From an uncultured Bacteroidales bacterium (GTDB lineage Bacteria > Bacteroidota > Bacteroidia > Bacteroidales > UBA932), in NCBI GenBank assembly GCA_900322025.1, contig ONYJ01000034.1:1-39882 (forward strand): a stretch of 39,882 nt of DNA, written 5' to 3'. Numbering within the stretch: position 1 is the stretch's first letter; the number at the start of each line of letters is the position of its first letter. Below the pieces are notes generated by a model. It did not search any database. It saw only the letters and a list, made by a program, of their open reading frames with translations, and was not told the origin of the DNA. This document shows positions 19,021 to 28,865 of the stretch, piece by piece. The translations under genes and the position numbers were made by a program.

Positions 19021-19815
19021 TTATACTGCTACAGGGGCTTTTATAGCCGGATGTGGCTCATAGCCTGTTAGCTCAAAATCTTCATATTTAAAAGAGAAGA
19101 TATCTTTTTGGTTTCCATGTATCAACATTTTGGGAAGCGGGCGTGGTGTACGAGAAAGTTGTTCCTTAACTTGCTCAAAATGATTGTGGTAAATGTGAGT
19201 ATCTCCTGTTGTGTGTATAAAATCTCCTAATTCAAAGCCACAAACCTTTGCTATCATCATGGTAAGCAGAGCGTATGAGGCAATGTTAAAAGGAACTCCC
19301 AAAAAAGTATCGGCACTTCTCTGATAGAGCTGACAAGAAAGATGATTGTCTGCTACATAAAATTGAAAAAGACTATGACAAGGGGGAAGGGCCATTTTAT
19401 CTATCTGGGCTACATTCCAAGAAGATATTATTATACGCCTTGAGTCTGGATTTTTGCTTAACATATCCATAACATTACTGAGCTGGTCTATGGTTTGCCC
19501 ATTGCCGCAATCCCAACGCCTCCACTGAGCCCCGTACACCGGGCCGAGCTCTCCTTTTTCGTCTGCCCATTCGTCCCAGATACTAACTCCATGATCTTTA
19601 AGATATTTGATGTTGGTATCGCCGTTTATAAACCACAACAATTCGTATATGATAGACTTCAGATGTACCTTTTTTGTGGTTAGCAACGGAAAGCCATCGT
19701 TTAGATTGAATCGCATCTGATGGCCGAAGATACTTTTGGTGCCCACACCGGTGCGGTCTTTTTTATCTACACCCTCCTGCATTATGCGTTTGAGAAGATC
19801 TAAGTATTGTTTCAT
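19021..19815 (-). CDS. thyA: thymidylate synthase (ThyA type)
   Basis: It has [17 protein letters not shown], and [13 protein letters not shown] with the catalytic Cys. I place the start at the ATG at 19815, giving 264 aa. The track start at 19833 is a TTG and would swallow the TAAATTTG promoter box. Confidence 0.95.
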   Translation of the reverse strand: MKQYLDLLKRIMQEGVDKKDRTGVGTKSIFGHQMRFNLNDGFPLLTTKKVHLKSIIYELLWFINGDTNIKYLKDHGVSIWDEWADEKGELGPVYGAQWRRWDCGNGQTIDQLSNVMDMLSKNPDSRRIIISSWNVAQIDKMALPPCHSLFQFYVADNHLSCQLYQRSADTFLGVPFNIASYALLTMMIAKVCGFELGDFIHTTGDTHIYHNHFEQVKEQLSRTPRPLPKMLIHGNQKDIFSFKYEDFELTGYEPHPAIKAPVAV

Positions 19816-19820
19816 AAGCA

Positions 19821-19828
19821 CAAATTTA
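19821..19828 (-). promoter_or_regulatory. candidate -7 promoter box (TAAATTTG) 5 nt upstream of the thyA ATG
   Basis: Plus-strand CAAATTTA at 19821..19828 is TAAATTTG on the minus strand. It is followed by tgctt and then the ATG at 19815. Confidence 0.5.
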
Positions 19829-19854
19829 AACAAAAAGATGCTGTTCTGAAAGTA

Positions 19855-20844
19855 TTATTTAGATTGCTCGTTTGCTCTTATTTTCAATATTATAGGAAGA
19901 TGATCGCTTGCGCCGCCCGCAAATCTCAGACCATTAAAGGTTTTATTTGTTGTACTGCCGAGATATTTTCTGTCTGATTGGAGCAGGTGAGAAAAAGCCA
20001 CTATATAAACCTCTGCTCTCACTCTTTCCGAAACTAAAAACTGATCCAATATTTCCCACGCTCCTTTGTATTTATAAGTACCATAGACTGCGGAAGAAGA
20101 ATTGCGCAAAGAGTCTGTCAGACCAACCATCAGGTTTATAAGCGGGGCTGCCGTATTTGAGGTATCGCTCAAATGTGGCCGTGCTATGAATTTTACTGCC
20201 GGAGAATTAGGCCCTTCGTTAAAATCGCCCATGGCAATAATCTGTGCCATGGAATTTCTTGAAAGTATGGAATCTACAGTTTTTTTCAGAAGCTGCGCTG
20301 TTTCCATTCTTCTTGTAGAAGATTTTCTTTCTCCGCCAAGTTTAGACGGCCAATGATTTACAAATACATGCAGGGTATCATTCAAGGTTATGGAAAACAT
20401 TTTTGCATAAAGAATATCGCGAGTATTAAACTTGTTGATTCTCAAATATTTTATATCTACCAGACTAATATCCTCCCTATATAATAACGCTACATCTATT
20501 CCTCTCTTGTCTGGCGAATCTTTATGCAGAATTTTGTATTTTATTTTTGCAAGAGGCGTGTTTTGCAGCAGGTTATAAATAGTTTTAATGTTTTCTACCT
20601 CGCATAGCCCTATCAAAGACGGATAGTTTTTTTCTGCATCTTTTACAGCAAGTATTGTTTTGCCTATTATGTTTCTCTTTGTCTTGAATCTGCTCCATGT
20701 CAATTGCTTTTCTGTTGAAAAATGCTCTATATTCTGACGGGGATAAAAGAAATTTTCCAGATTCCAGAACATTATGATAATTGTTAAATAGTCTGCTATT
20801 TGTTTCATTTTTGCTTGCTTTTTTTGTCTTGAAGATAGAATCAT
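19855..20844 (-). CDS. endonuclease/exonuclease/phosphatase (EEP) family protein
   Basis: It has the N-terminal FWNLENFF motif, a GDFNEGP block and a C-terminal SDHLPI motif, all characteristic of EEP-fold enzymes. The true start may be the internal ATG giving MKQIADY.... Confidence 0.6.
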   Translation of the reverse strand: MILSSRQKKQAKMKQIADYLTIIIMFWNLENFFYPRQNIEHFSTEKQLTWSRFKTKRNIIGKTILAVKDAEKNYPSLIGLCEVENIKTIYNLLQNTPLAKIKYKILHKDSPDKRGIDVALLYREDISLVDIKYLRINKFNTRDILYAKMFSITLNDTLHVFVNHWPSKLGGERKSSTRRMETAQLLKKTVDSILSRNSMAQIIAMGDFNEGPNSPAVKFIARPHLSDTSNTAAPLINLMVGLTDSLRNSSSAVYGTYKYKGAWEILDQFLVSERVRAEVYIVAFSHLLQSDRKYLGSTTNKTFNGLRFAGGASDHLPIILKIRANEQSK

Positions 20845-20918
20845 GGAGGTTTTGAAAAAAGCACTTCGATATAATTTATTCTCTTGCTTTTATAATTTTA
20901 CATTACTCTCTCTTTTAT

Positions 20919-20926
20919 TAACTTTG
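20919..20926 (+). promoter_or_regulatory. candidate -7 promoter box (TAACTTTG) for ychF
   Basis: TAACTTTG at 20919..20926, 22 nt before the ATG at 20949. Confidence 0.45.
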
Positions 20927-20948
20927 CATCGTTTTAATATAAGCAAAT

Positions 20949-22052
20949 ATGAGCGTAAAGTGTGGTATAGTTGGCCTTCCCAATGTAGGAAAGAGCACAT
21001 TATTCAATTGTATAAGTTCTGCAAAGGCGGAGGCCGCAAATTTTCCCTTTTGCACAATAAACCCACAAATAGGCTCAACGGCTGTTCCGGATAAAAGGCT
21101 GGAAAAGCTTGTTGATATGGTTCATCCAAAAAATGTTGTTCCTGCCACTGTGGAAATTGTAGATATTGCCGGCCTTGTAAAAGGTGCCAGCAAGGGCGAG
21201 GGTTTAGGAAATCAATTTCTTGCAAACATTCGAGAAACAGATGCTATTCTACACGTACTCAGATGTTTTGACGATGACAACATAGCCCATGTAGATGGCT
21301 CCGTAGATCCTGTGAGAGATAAAGAAGTAATAGACACAGAGTTACAGCTGAAAGATTTAGAAACCATAGAAAACAAGTTGGCAAAAGTAAGTAAGCAGGC
21401 TAAAATGGGGTCAGATAAAGAAGCTCAAAGGCTGTGTAATATTTTGGAGCAATACAAGGCTGTTTTGGAAAAGGGACAGAATGCTCGTAGTGTTGTTTTT
21501 GATAACAAAGAAGACAATAAGCTTGCCCAGAGCCTGTTTCTTCTTACAGCTAAACCGGTAATGTATGTTTGTAATGTGGACGAGGGCTCGGCCGCCAAAG
21601 GAAACAAGCATGTAGAAGCTGTTCGTAATGCTGTTAAGGATGAGGGAGCGGAAATTCTCATACTGGCTGCCAAAACCGAATCTGATATAGCGGAAATGGA
21701 TTCTTATGAGGATAAAATGATGTTTCTTCAAGATCTTGGTTTGGAAGAGTCTGGAATTGTGCGCCTTGTACAGAGCGCCTACAAGCTTCTCGGCCTGCAG
21801 ACCTACTTTACACAGGGAGAGCCGGAGGTGAGAGCCTGGACCTTCAGAAAGGGTGATAAGGCCCCACAGGCGGCAGGTGTAATACACTCAGATTTTGAAA
21901 AAGGCTTTATCAGGGCAGAAGTTATAAAGTTCGAAGATTTTGTAAAATATGGCAGCGAAAGTGCTTGCAGGGCTGCCGGAAAGCTTTCCACCGAAGGAAA
22001 GGAATATGTGGTGCAAGACGGCGATATTATGCATTTTCTTTTCAATGTATAG
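20949..22052 (+). CDS. ychF: redox-regulated ribosome-binding ATPase YchF
   Basis: It has the G1 motif GIVGLPNVGKSTLFN, VDIAGLVKGAS, and the C-terminal TGS-like region FIRAEV...DGDIMHFLFN. Length is 367 aa. Confidence 0.95.
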   Translation: MSVKCGIVGLPNVGKSTLFNCISSAKAEAANFPFCTINPQIGSTAVPDKRLEKLVDMVHPKNVVPATVEIVDIAGLVKGASKGEGLGNQFLANIRETDAILHVLRCFDDDNIAHVDGSVDPVRDKEVIDTELQLKDLETIENKLAKVSKQAKMGSDKEAQRLCNILEQYKAVLEKGQNARSVVFDNKEDNKLAQSLFLLTAKPVMYVCNVDEGSAAKGNKHVEAVRNAVKDEGAEILILAAKTESDIAEMDSYEDKMMFLQDLGLEESGIVRLVQSAYKLLGLQTYFTQGEPEVRAWTFRKGDKAPQAAGVIHSDFEKGFIRAEVIKFEDFVKYGSESACRAAGKLSTEGKEYVVQDGDIMHFLFNV

Positions 22053-22072
22053 GCAGTAGAGTCTTTTTTTAT

Positions 22073-22080
22073 TACTTTTG
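22073..22080 (+). promoter_or_regulatory. candidate -7 promoter box (TACTTTTG) for the PpiD-like gene
   Basis: TACTTTTG at 22073..22080, 43 nt before the ATG at 22124. Confidence 0.4.
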
Positions 22081-22123
22081 TACCCTTTGATTTTTTTGAA
22101 TAAACTTTAGAATATATTGTTAT

Positions 22124-24232
22124 ATGGCAGTTCTTGAAAAAATGCGCAGAAAGATGGGGGCAGTTATTACGGTTTTTATCGCAATAGCTTTGCTGTCTTT
22201 TATTGTAGATGCAGATACTCTGCAAACAGCCTTCTCAATGGTCTCGTCAAAGTATGATGTTGGAAAGATTGGGAAAAAGAGCATTTCTCAAACCGATTTC
22301 GCTAAGAGGGTTGAATACTATGAGCGAATTTTCAGCCTCACGAACAACGAAACTAATACCGAAGAAAGCAATGAGATTATCAATAATTCGGCTTGGCAGA
22401 GTCTTCTTGCAGATAATGTTTTGATTCCGGTTTGTAAAAACGCAGGTTTGCGCGTTGGGGCTGGAGAAATGATAGCAATGGCCAAAAACGGACAGGATTT
22501 ATCTCCTGTTTTGCTTAACGAGCCTATTTTCTTGAATGAAAATGGAGAATTTGATCAAAATAAATTTCAGGAATTTATTCAAAATATAGATCTCGACGAT
22601 AGTGGAAATTTTGCTGCTTATTGGGCTTTTCTTGAAAGGAATATGGAGCAAAACCGAATGTTTTCAAAGTATTCTTCTATGCTGGAAAAAGGTACGTTTG
22701 CCAATGATTTGCAGATTCGCAGAGAGATAGCAGATAACAACAATTCATACGATGTAGATTTTGTGTTGCAGCCTGTGGCCTTTGCCCAAGATAGCACCAT
22801 TGTGGTTTCAGATAGCGAAATCAAACAGCGGTACGAAACTATTAAAAGCACACTCAGGCAGATAGAATCGAGAGATGCCGAACTGATTGTCTTTAACATC
22901 ACTCCTTCCGACAAAGATATTGCAGCAGCTAAAGAAGATCACGAAAAGCTCTATCAAGAGTTTTTGGAGGTTTCGGATTCTGATATGAAGACATTTATTG
23001 CCCATAATTCGGATCTTCCTCTGAACGATTTATATTTCAAGAAGGGCGATTTAAGAGAAATTTCTTCTATTTTAGACGACTTTGCAAGTGAAAAATCTAT
23101 CGGAGCCTTTATGGCACCACAACACATGGATAATGTTTTTGTTGCCGCCAAAATAATGGATATTGCTTCAAGACCGGATTCTGTGTTTGTTAAATATATT
23201 CCTACGGCCAATGCAAATATGGCAGATAGCTTGCTCAATGTACTAAAGAGTGGTGCAGACTTTACTGCTATAGCCTCGCAATATGTTCCGGCACAGGGTG
23301 GTTTCGAGCCTGGTACTATTGGCTGGATTACAGAACCTGTGGCATACAGACAACTTCCTGCTGGATTTTTGAAGGCCTTTTCTTCTAAAAAGGGAGATAT
23401 GTTTACAATATCCAACAACGGTAGTGTTATCATTGTTAAGGTAGATAACACAACCGCCCCTGTAAGAAAAGCTAAGGTTGCTATTCTCTCTAAAGAGGCT
23501 TCTGTAAGCCACGAAACTTTTTCAAGAATATTCGCTCAGGCGAGTAAAGTTGTAGATAAAAGTGATGCATATATCAAAAATTTTGAAGCGTATGCACACG
23601 AAAACAATCTGGATCTTATCCCTGCAAATCGCATTGCCGGAGGTGCGAAAACTATCGCCGGATACGATAATATGAAAGAAGTTAGCCGTTGGCTCTTTGA
23701 AGCTGAGGTTGGAGATGTTTCTTCTGTTATGACTATTGACAATAAGTATTTTGTTGTAGCTGCTTTACAGAGAATTCATCCAGACGGGTATGCAGAGATT
23801 AGTGAGATAGCTCCGCAGATCAAAGATATGCTTACAATGCAGAAAAAAGTAGATAAGCTCGCTGCAGAAACCAAAGAAAAAGTAGGAAATGTTTCAACTA
23901 TAGAAGAAGTTGCAGAAAAACTTGCGCTTACAGTAAGTAATTCTCCAGACGTAACCTTCTCTTCCCTTGGTTCTACACAGCAACTCGATCCTCTTTTCAT
24001 CGGAAGCGTAGCACAGGCTGGAGCGGCAAATAACAACAATGTAGTAGGCCCTGTTAAAGGCGATTTGGGAGTTTATTACTTCCAAATAAAAGATAAAAAA
24101 ATCGGAGCTTTCTATACCGATTCCGATGCCAAGATGAAGGCTTCAAATAGCATCTATAGTATATTGAACTCGCTATCACAAATAATATGCGATAAAGAAA
24201 AGGTTGTAGATCAGCGCTATAAATTTTATTAA
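22124..24232 (+). CDS. periplasmic chaperone / peptidyl-prolyl isomerase, PpiD-like (SurA N-terminal domain family)
   Basis: It has the N-terminal membrane anchor MAVLEKMRRKMGAVITVFIAIALLSFIV that is typical of PpiD. The long periplasmic region contains a parvulin-like segment (DFTAIASQYV...GGFEPGTIGW). Length is 702 aa. Confidence 0.65.
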   Translation: MAVLEKMRRKMGAVITVFIAIALLSFIVDADTLQTAFSMVSSKYDVGKIGKKSISQTDFAKRVEYYERIFSLTNNETNTEESNEIINNSAWQSLLADNVLIPVCKNAGLRVGAGEMIAMAKNGQDLSPVLLNEPIFLNENGEFDQNKFQEFIQNIDLDDSGNFAAYWAFLERNMEQNRMFSKYSSMLEKGTFANDLQIRREIADNNNSYDVDFVLQPVAFAQDSTIVVSDSEIKQRYETIKSTLRQIESRDAELIVFNITPSDKDIAAAKEDHEKLYQEFLEVSDSDMKTFIAHNSDLPLNDLYFKKGDLREISSILDDFASEKSIGAFMAPQHMDNVFVAAKIMDIASRPDSVFVKYIPTANANMADSLLNVLKSGADFTAIASQYVPAQGGFEPGTIGWITEPVAYRQLPAGFLKAFSSKKGDMFTISNNGSVIIVKVDNTTAPVRKAKVAILSKEASVSHETFSRIFAQASKVVDKSDAYIKNFEAYAHENNLDLIPANRIAGGAKTIAGYDNMKEVSRWLFEAEVGDVSSVMTIDNKYFVVAALQRIHPDGYAEISEIAPQIKDMLTMQKKVDKLAAETKEKVGNVSTIEEVAEKLALTVSNSPDVTFSSLGSTQQLDPLFIGSVAQAGAANNNNVVGPVKGDLGVYYFQIKDKKIGAFYTDSDAKMKASNSIYSILNSLSQIICDKEKVVDQRYKFY

Positions 24233-24235
24233 CAA

Positions 24236-25504
24236 CTAATCTTCTATAAGAATAGATACTGTTTCTATTCTTTTCTTTGAAGTTTTAAGAATTGTAAAGG
24301 AGACTTTTCCTATGCGGAAAGTTTCCTTTTCTTTTGGAATAGAGCCTATGTTATAAAGTATCATTCCGGCAAGCGTTTCATATGCTTCATTTTCAGGAAT
24401 AGATAAATCGTATTTACGGTTTATGTCTTTTACCGCCATACGAGCAGAGAATACCCATTCCTTATCGGAAATCTTCTTTTCAACAAATTCGTTTTTGTCT
24501 AACTCATCGTCTATTTCACCAAAGATTTCTTCTATCAAATCTTCAAGTGTTATTATGCCCTCTGTTCCACCATATTCGTCAGACACTGCAACAATGTTCT
24601 CTTTACGCCCTATCATTTTTTCTAATAGAGTGCGAGCGTCCATATCTAAAGGAACATGAGTTATTGGCCTCAATATTTGAGAAATAGACTCTTTTATATC
24701 TGAAAGGAGATCTTTAGACAAAACATAGCCTATTATATTATCCAGATTTTCTTTATATACAATAACTCTTGAATACCCTGTTTCTACAAACAGCCTCAAA
24801 AGGTCTGCTATGCTGTCTTCTATATCTATTGCAATTATTTCTGTACGAGGTATCAGACATTTCTTTATTTTAGTAGAAGAAAAATCCATTGCGTTCTGAA
24901 AAATTTCTATATCGGAAGGCACATCATTGCCCTGTGCATCTTCCACTTCTTCAGATAGATTGAAAAGATCTTCTCTATCAAACTTATCTTCGTTTGAAAC
25001 CCTCGAAACTGTTGCAGGCTTAGACATTTTTTTGCCGAGCAGCAGATATGAAAGATGATTTGTAAGCCAAGTTAAAGGGTAGAACAGATAATAGAAAAAC
25101 AATATTATCCTATATAAAGAAGAAAATACCTTATTGGCATTTAGCAGGCATAGTGCCTTAGGTAAATACTCTGCCGTAATCATCACTATCAGTGTGGCAA
25201 TTATGGTTTCTATGATTATTATCAGCGATGTGGAATTTGTTATATGATCCTGCAGAAAAGGATTGAGCAAATGTGCCGCCGCTATACTGTAAATTACCAG
25301 AAAAATGTTATTCCCCATTAGTAAAGAAGATATTAAATCTCCTTCATTTACAATAAATCTGTCCATTGCCAGGGCATACTTCTTCCCATCCTTTTTATCT
25401 AACGCAACTTTCAGACGGTTACAGTGCAGAAAAGCCATCTCATACCCAGAAAACAATGCACTAAAACACAAAGCCAAAAATACTATTATGATATTGTATA
25501 TCAT
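24236..25504 (-). CDS. CNNM/HlyC-CorC family membrane protein (DUF21 + CBS pair + CorC_HlyC; GldE-like)
   Basis: An N-terminal 4-TM DUF21-like domain is followed by tandem CBS-like segments and then VSDEYGGTEGIITLEDLIEEIFGEIDDE and a C-terminal transporter-associated domain. The stop is 3 nt from the convergent PpiD-like stop. Confidence 0.75.
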   Translation of the reverse strand: MIYNIIIVFLALCFSALFSGYEMAFLHCNRLKVALDKKDGKKYALAMDRFIVNEGDLISSLLMGNNIFLVIYSIAAAHLLNPFLQDHITNSTSLIIIIETIIATLIVMITAEYLPKALCLLNANKVFSSLYRIILFFYYLFYPLTWLTNHLSYLLLGKKMSKPATVSRVSNEDKFDREDLFNLSEEVEDAQGNDVPSDIEIFQNAMDFSSTKIKKCLIPRTEIIAIDIEDSIADLLRLFVETGYSRVIVYKENLDNIIGYVLSKDLLSDIKESISQILRPITHVPLDMDARTLLEKMIGRKENIVAVSDEYGGTEGIITLEDLIEEIFGEIDDELDKNEFVEKKISDKEWVFSARMAVKDINRKYDLSIPENEAYETLAGMILYNIGSIPKEKETFRIGKVSFTILKTSKKRIETVSILIED

Positions 25505-25505
25505 G

Positions 25506-26174
25506 CTACTCTTTACCCTTTATTTTGAGGTCTTTGCCTATTTTAGACTTGTCCAGTATAGGGCCAATAAAATTTGCAGTATCCAAATATAAAGAATCTT
25601 CTTCTATTCGGCTGAAAGAGTTAAACGGTCTTAGTATTTCTGCATGACGAGCCTGCTCATCGCTCTCCATTCCATAGCCTTGCATTAAGCCCTGAGGTGA
25701 GAACATTTCAACAAAACAATGCGTAAAAATCCTATGGTTATATCTATCCCAATATAGCGTGTCCGTCTTTAGAACCTGGCCGTTTATATGATTTGTAATA
25801 ACCACATCCCCAAAAACTTCCCATGTTTCTTCCCTATACTTTGTAATAGTATGGCGTGCTGCCTTTGAATGTATATGTGTTTCAAGATCTGTTTTATTGT
25901 AAGAAAAAACATCAAAGCCGGAAGGAAAAAGTTCGTAACTACTGGTATCTGTCTCGTATTTCTCCATTCTTGGAGCTTCTAACCTAAGTGTTATTTCTCC
26001 ATTAACGCTATTTACTGCATAAATACTATCTCCCACTTGCCTTGGAGCAGCACTAATGTCTATATAATCAGTAACTTCTGTTTTTGATTTACAAGACTGC
26101 ACAAACAATAAGAAAGCAGCAGCCATGATGGCGGCTGCTGCCGATTCTATTATATGAAAGGATTGCCTATGCAT
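25506..26174 (-). CDS. putative LPS export periplasmic protein LptC-like lipoprotein
   Basis: It has a signal sequence plus a lipobox (LLFVQSC). The roughly 200-aa beta-rich domain includes GDVVITNHINGQVLKTDTLYWDR...IFT, resembling the OstA/LptC fold as annotated in Bacteroidota. It abuts the downstream CNNM gene with a 1-nt gap. Confidence 0.5.
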   Translation of the reverse strand: MHRQSFHIIESAAAAIMAAAFLLFVQSCKSKTEVTDYIDISAAPRQVGDSIYAVNSVNGEITLRLEAPRMEKYETDTSSYELFPSGFDVFSYNKTDLETHIHSKAARHTITKYREETWEVFGDVVITNHINGQVLKTDTLYWDRYNHRIFTHCFVEMFSPQGLMQGYGMESDEQARHAEILRPFNSFSRIEEDSLYLDTANFIGPILDKSKIGKDLKIKGKE

Positions 26175-26190
26175 AGGTCCTTTCTTATAT

Positions 26191-27519
26191 CTATTTCTGT
26201 GTTCTTACTGTTGTAGAAGCACTCATCCCGCTGCAAGAAATAGAATATCCTTTGCCGTCTGTAAGATCGTACATAAAGGCATCTTGTGCTGTTGGGAAAT
26301 AGCGGCTGTAAATAGCTATGTTTTTGTTGCACTCTTCTGTCAGAGAAGGATCTTTAGCCTTTGCTCTCTGCATATAATCTGTTGCTACCCAAAACTTAGC
26401 TCTTTTTGCTATTTCATCGCCACCACAAGAAGCTGAGGCCCAAATTGTTCCTATAAGCAATTCTGCCTTTCCTGCATATTTAGGGTTTAATTCTGATGCT
26501 TGTTTTGCCATAGCAACTGCTTCTCCGTAAGATCGGTTACGATAGTGTATGGTTGCAAGATAATACAGATAAACTCCTTTGTCAACACCTGTTGCAACAT
26601 TTGCTGCTTCCTTCAGATACTTGAGAGCTGTTGCTTCATCTCCCTTTTCGTTAAATAATGTATATAAATAGTAAGCGGCTCCTGCAGTAGGAGAGAGTTT
26701 ATACTTTTGAGCCACAACCTTTTGGAATAAATCTGTATCTATGCAATTATTAGAGTTGAGCAAGTAGGAAATAGTGTTAAGAAGAGCGGTGTCTTCCTGA
26801 TTCTGCTCATATCTTGGAGTAAAAACCTTTACAAGATTGTCGCAAGTTGCAACACCGGATTTAATAAAAGCATTCTGCAACATAGCTTCTGCCTCATCTA
26901 TGCTTTCATCTGTTGGGTTTGCAGCGCGTCTTGCTTCAAAAATATTGTTATACTTTGAATAAAGACTCATAATATCCTCGTCTGTAAGCTTTTGTACAGC
27001 AAACAGCTCAGTTGCCTTAATCATTGCATTTACTACAAATTGATGGTCGGCCTCTGTACCAAAGTCTGTAGCATAAGAATCGAGATATTTGAATATCATT
27101 TCTGTCTTTTCTGGATTTTGACCATAAAATACCATCATATCCGAAAGCTTTCCTTCGTGCGCTTTTTTAGCGTTATTAGGGAAAAGAGAGGCACGCTTTT
27201 CTGCAAGCTGAAGCAAAGAATCTATCATGGCTTCTCTTTCTTCTGCAGAACCCTTATGGTTGTTTATCCTATGTAATAAGATCTTTCTGCCATTAATGTA
27301 AAGATTCTGCGATACCTTTGGTGGACAGTATTGCATAGCCTGTTTCCAATTTGAATAGGCATCTTCCATGCTTCCCTGCTGAAGGAAATCTTGATAGAAA
27401 TTAAGACTGTTTACACATTCGGCACTATCTTTTCCGAATCTTCCTTGAGCAGAACTTTTTACTTGGAAGAGTACCAGAACTGCTGCAACGAGATAGAGTG
27501 TGGTTCTTAATTTTTTCAT
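26191..27519 (-). CDS. secreted tetratricopeptide-repeat (TPR) protein of unknown function
   Basis: The signal peptide is MKKLRTTLYLVAAVLVLFQVKSSAQG. Repeated TPR-like A/Y/G patterns occur, e.g. YGEAVAMAKQASELNPKYAGKAELL. I place the start at the ATG at 27519. The track start at 27576 is a TTG and would contain the TAAATTTG box at 27571..27564. Confidence 0.7.
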   Translation of the reverse strand: MKKLRTTLYLVAAVLVLFQVKSSAQGRFGKDSAECVNSLNFYQDFLQQGSMEDAYSNWKQAMQYCPPKVSQNLYINGRKILLHRINNHKGSAEEREAMIDSLLQLAEKRASLFPNNAKKAHEGKLSDMMVFYGQNPEKTEMIFKYLDSYATDFGTEADHQFVVNAMIKATELFAVQKLTDEDIMSLYSKYNNIFEARRAANPTDESIDEAEAMLQNAFIKSGVATCDNLVKVFTPRYEQNQEDTALLNTISYLLNSNNCIDTDLFQKVVAQKYKLSPTAGAAYYLYTLFNEKGDEATALKYLKEAANVATGVDKGVYLYYLATIHYRNRSYGEAVAMAKQASELNPKYAGKAELLIGTIWASASCGGDEIAKRAKFWVATDYMQRAKAKDPSLTEECNKNIAIYSRYFPTAQDAFMYDLTDGKGYSISCSGMSASTTVRTQK

Positions 27520-27563
27520 AGTAGCTAAATATTTTTGAGTTTTTATTGTTTTTTCGTGGGTGG

Positions 27564-27571
27564 CAAATTTA
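27564..27571 (-). promoter_or_regulatory. candidate internal -7 promoter box (TAAATTTG) for the TPR gene
   Basis: Plus-strand CAAATTTA at 27564..27571 is TAAATTTG on the minus strand. It lies in the 58-nt gap between the beta-barrel gene stop and the ATG at 27519. Confidence 0.4.
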
Positions 27572-27577
27572 ATCAAA

Positions 27578-28864
27578 TTATTGATATCTCGGCTTTATAA
27601 ACCAAAGGTCGTGCAAACTTAGGCTGACTATAAGATTAACATAATTCTCTTTCACTAGGTTTCCTGTCTTTGAACCTCTTTGGCCTATATCTACAGCTAT
27701 ATTAAACGAATTGTTTAATCTGTTCACCGGTAGCGACATTCCTAAAGTTACTCCCATCTGGTTTATACTTTTGCCTTCTACATTAACATAGGTTTTGTCG
27801 TAATGAAAACCGGCCCTGTAGGTTATTCTTTTATAATAATACCTAATGTCATATCTGTTTGGTACAAATTCCATTCCAACCTTGATAGACTGTGCTGCCT
27901 GACTTTTATAAGCAACGCCGGATACCGGACGGAAATCTGTTCCAGACCAATCTTGACGCTGATAATCTACTCCAAACAACCATTTTGTTCCCTTTCGTAT
28001 AGCAGCTCCTACAGTAAGAGTAGCCGGTATGGATAGGCTGGTTTTAAGCTTATTATTCATAACGGTATCTGCCACAACATCGTCTGTTACATAGGCATAT
28101 CGTGTAGTAGTGCCTTTTAGCTTACTTTTCATTCTATAGGTGGCCCCTATAGTAATGTCTGTTTCTTCTGCTATTTTAAATGCACTCTGGGCTGCCAGTT
28201 CTATACCAAAGCCATGAGGAGCATACTTCCAACCTGTTTCTATAGAGCGTATGCCCGGCGAATTAAAGTATATGTCGCTATGGCTTGTCTGAGAACCAAA
28301 ATAGTATATACCTTGAACTCCGGCAGAAAGGTGTTTGGAAAGTTTTACCGCTCCTCCCAAAAAGATTTGATTTATGTTTCCGTTTCCGTATTTGCGATAT
28401 TTAATGTCGCCGTATTTGGATATCAGGGTTGGATCGGTTTCTGTTGTCTGGAATTTGTAGCCCATATTGGCATACGGCATTATACCAACAACAAAAGAGT
28501 GCTTATCCTTTATTGGCATGGATATCACAAAGTTATTTATATTAACCGTATTAAAGGCAGACTTTGTATTCTTGTCTTTCAAATACATGTTTTTTGAGAA
28601 AACTCCCATATCCAACATAAAAGAAAGAGTGTCTCGCTCCGTGATGGAAGCTATGTTTTTATAATTGATGTATCTGGCATCTCTTACTCCCATGCCTATA
28701 CCACCCATGCCTTTAGTTATAGCATTGTCTGAACCATGCAAATCGCCTATTCCGTAAAGAGAATAAGGGGTGAATGTGCCAAGTGCATCAAGATCTTGTC
28801 CAAAGGTTAGCTGACAAGTGAATAATGCCATTATTATCAGAAATATGCGTTTTTTTACTCTCAT
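27578..28864 (-). CDS. predicted outer-membrane beta-barrel protein of unknown function
   Basis: The signal peptide is MRVKKRIFLIIMALFTCQLTFGQ. Alternating hydrophobic/aromatic beta-strand patterns run throughout, with Gly/Tyr/Asn-rich loops. Length is 428 aa. No specific family is recognised. It has a 1-nt gap to coaX upstream. Confidence 0.55.
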   Translation of the reverse strand: MRVKKRIFLIIMALFTCQLTFGQDLDALGTFTPYSLYGIGDLHGSDNAITKGMGGIGMGVRDARYINYKNIASITERDTLSFMLDMGVFSKNMYLKDKNTKSAFNTVNINNFVISMPIKDKHSFVVGIMPYANMGYKFQTTETDPTLISKYGDIKYRKYGNGNINQIFLGGAVKLSKHLSAGVQGIYYFGSQTSHSDIYFNSPGIRSIETGWKYAPHGFGIELAAQSAFKIAEETDITIGATYRMKSKLKGTTTRYAYVTDDVVADTVMNNKLKTSLSIPATLTVGAAIRKGTKWLFGVDYQRQDWSGTDFRPVSGVAYKSQAAQSIKVGMEFVPNRYDIRYYYKRITYRAGFHYDKTYVNVEGKSINQMGVTLGMSLPVNRLNNSFNIAVDIGQRGSKTGNLVKENYVNLIVSLSLHDLWFIKPRYQ

Positions 28865-28865
28865 C

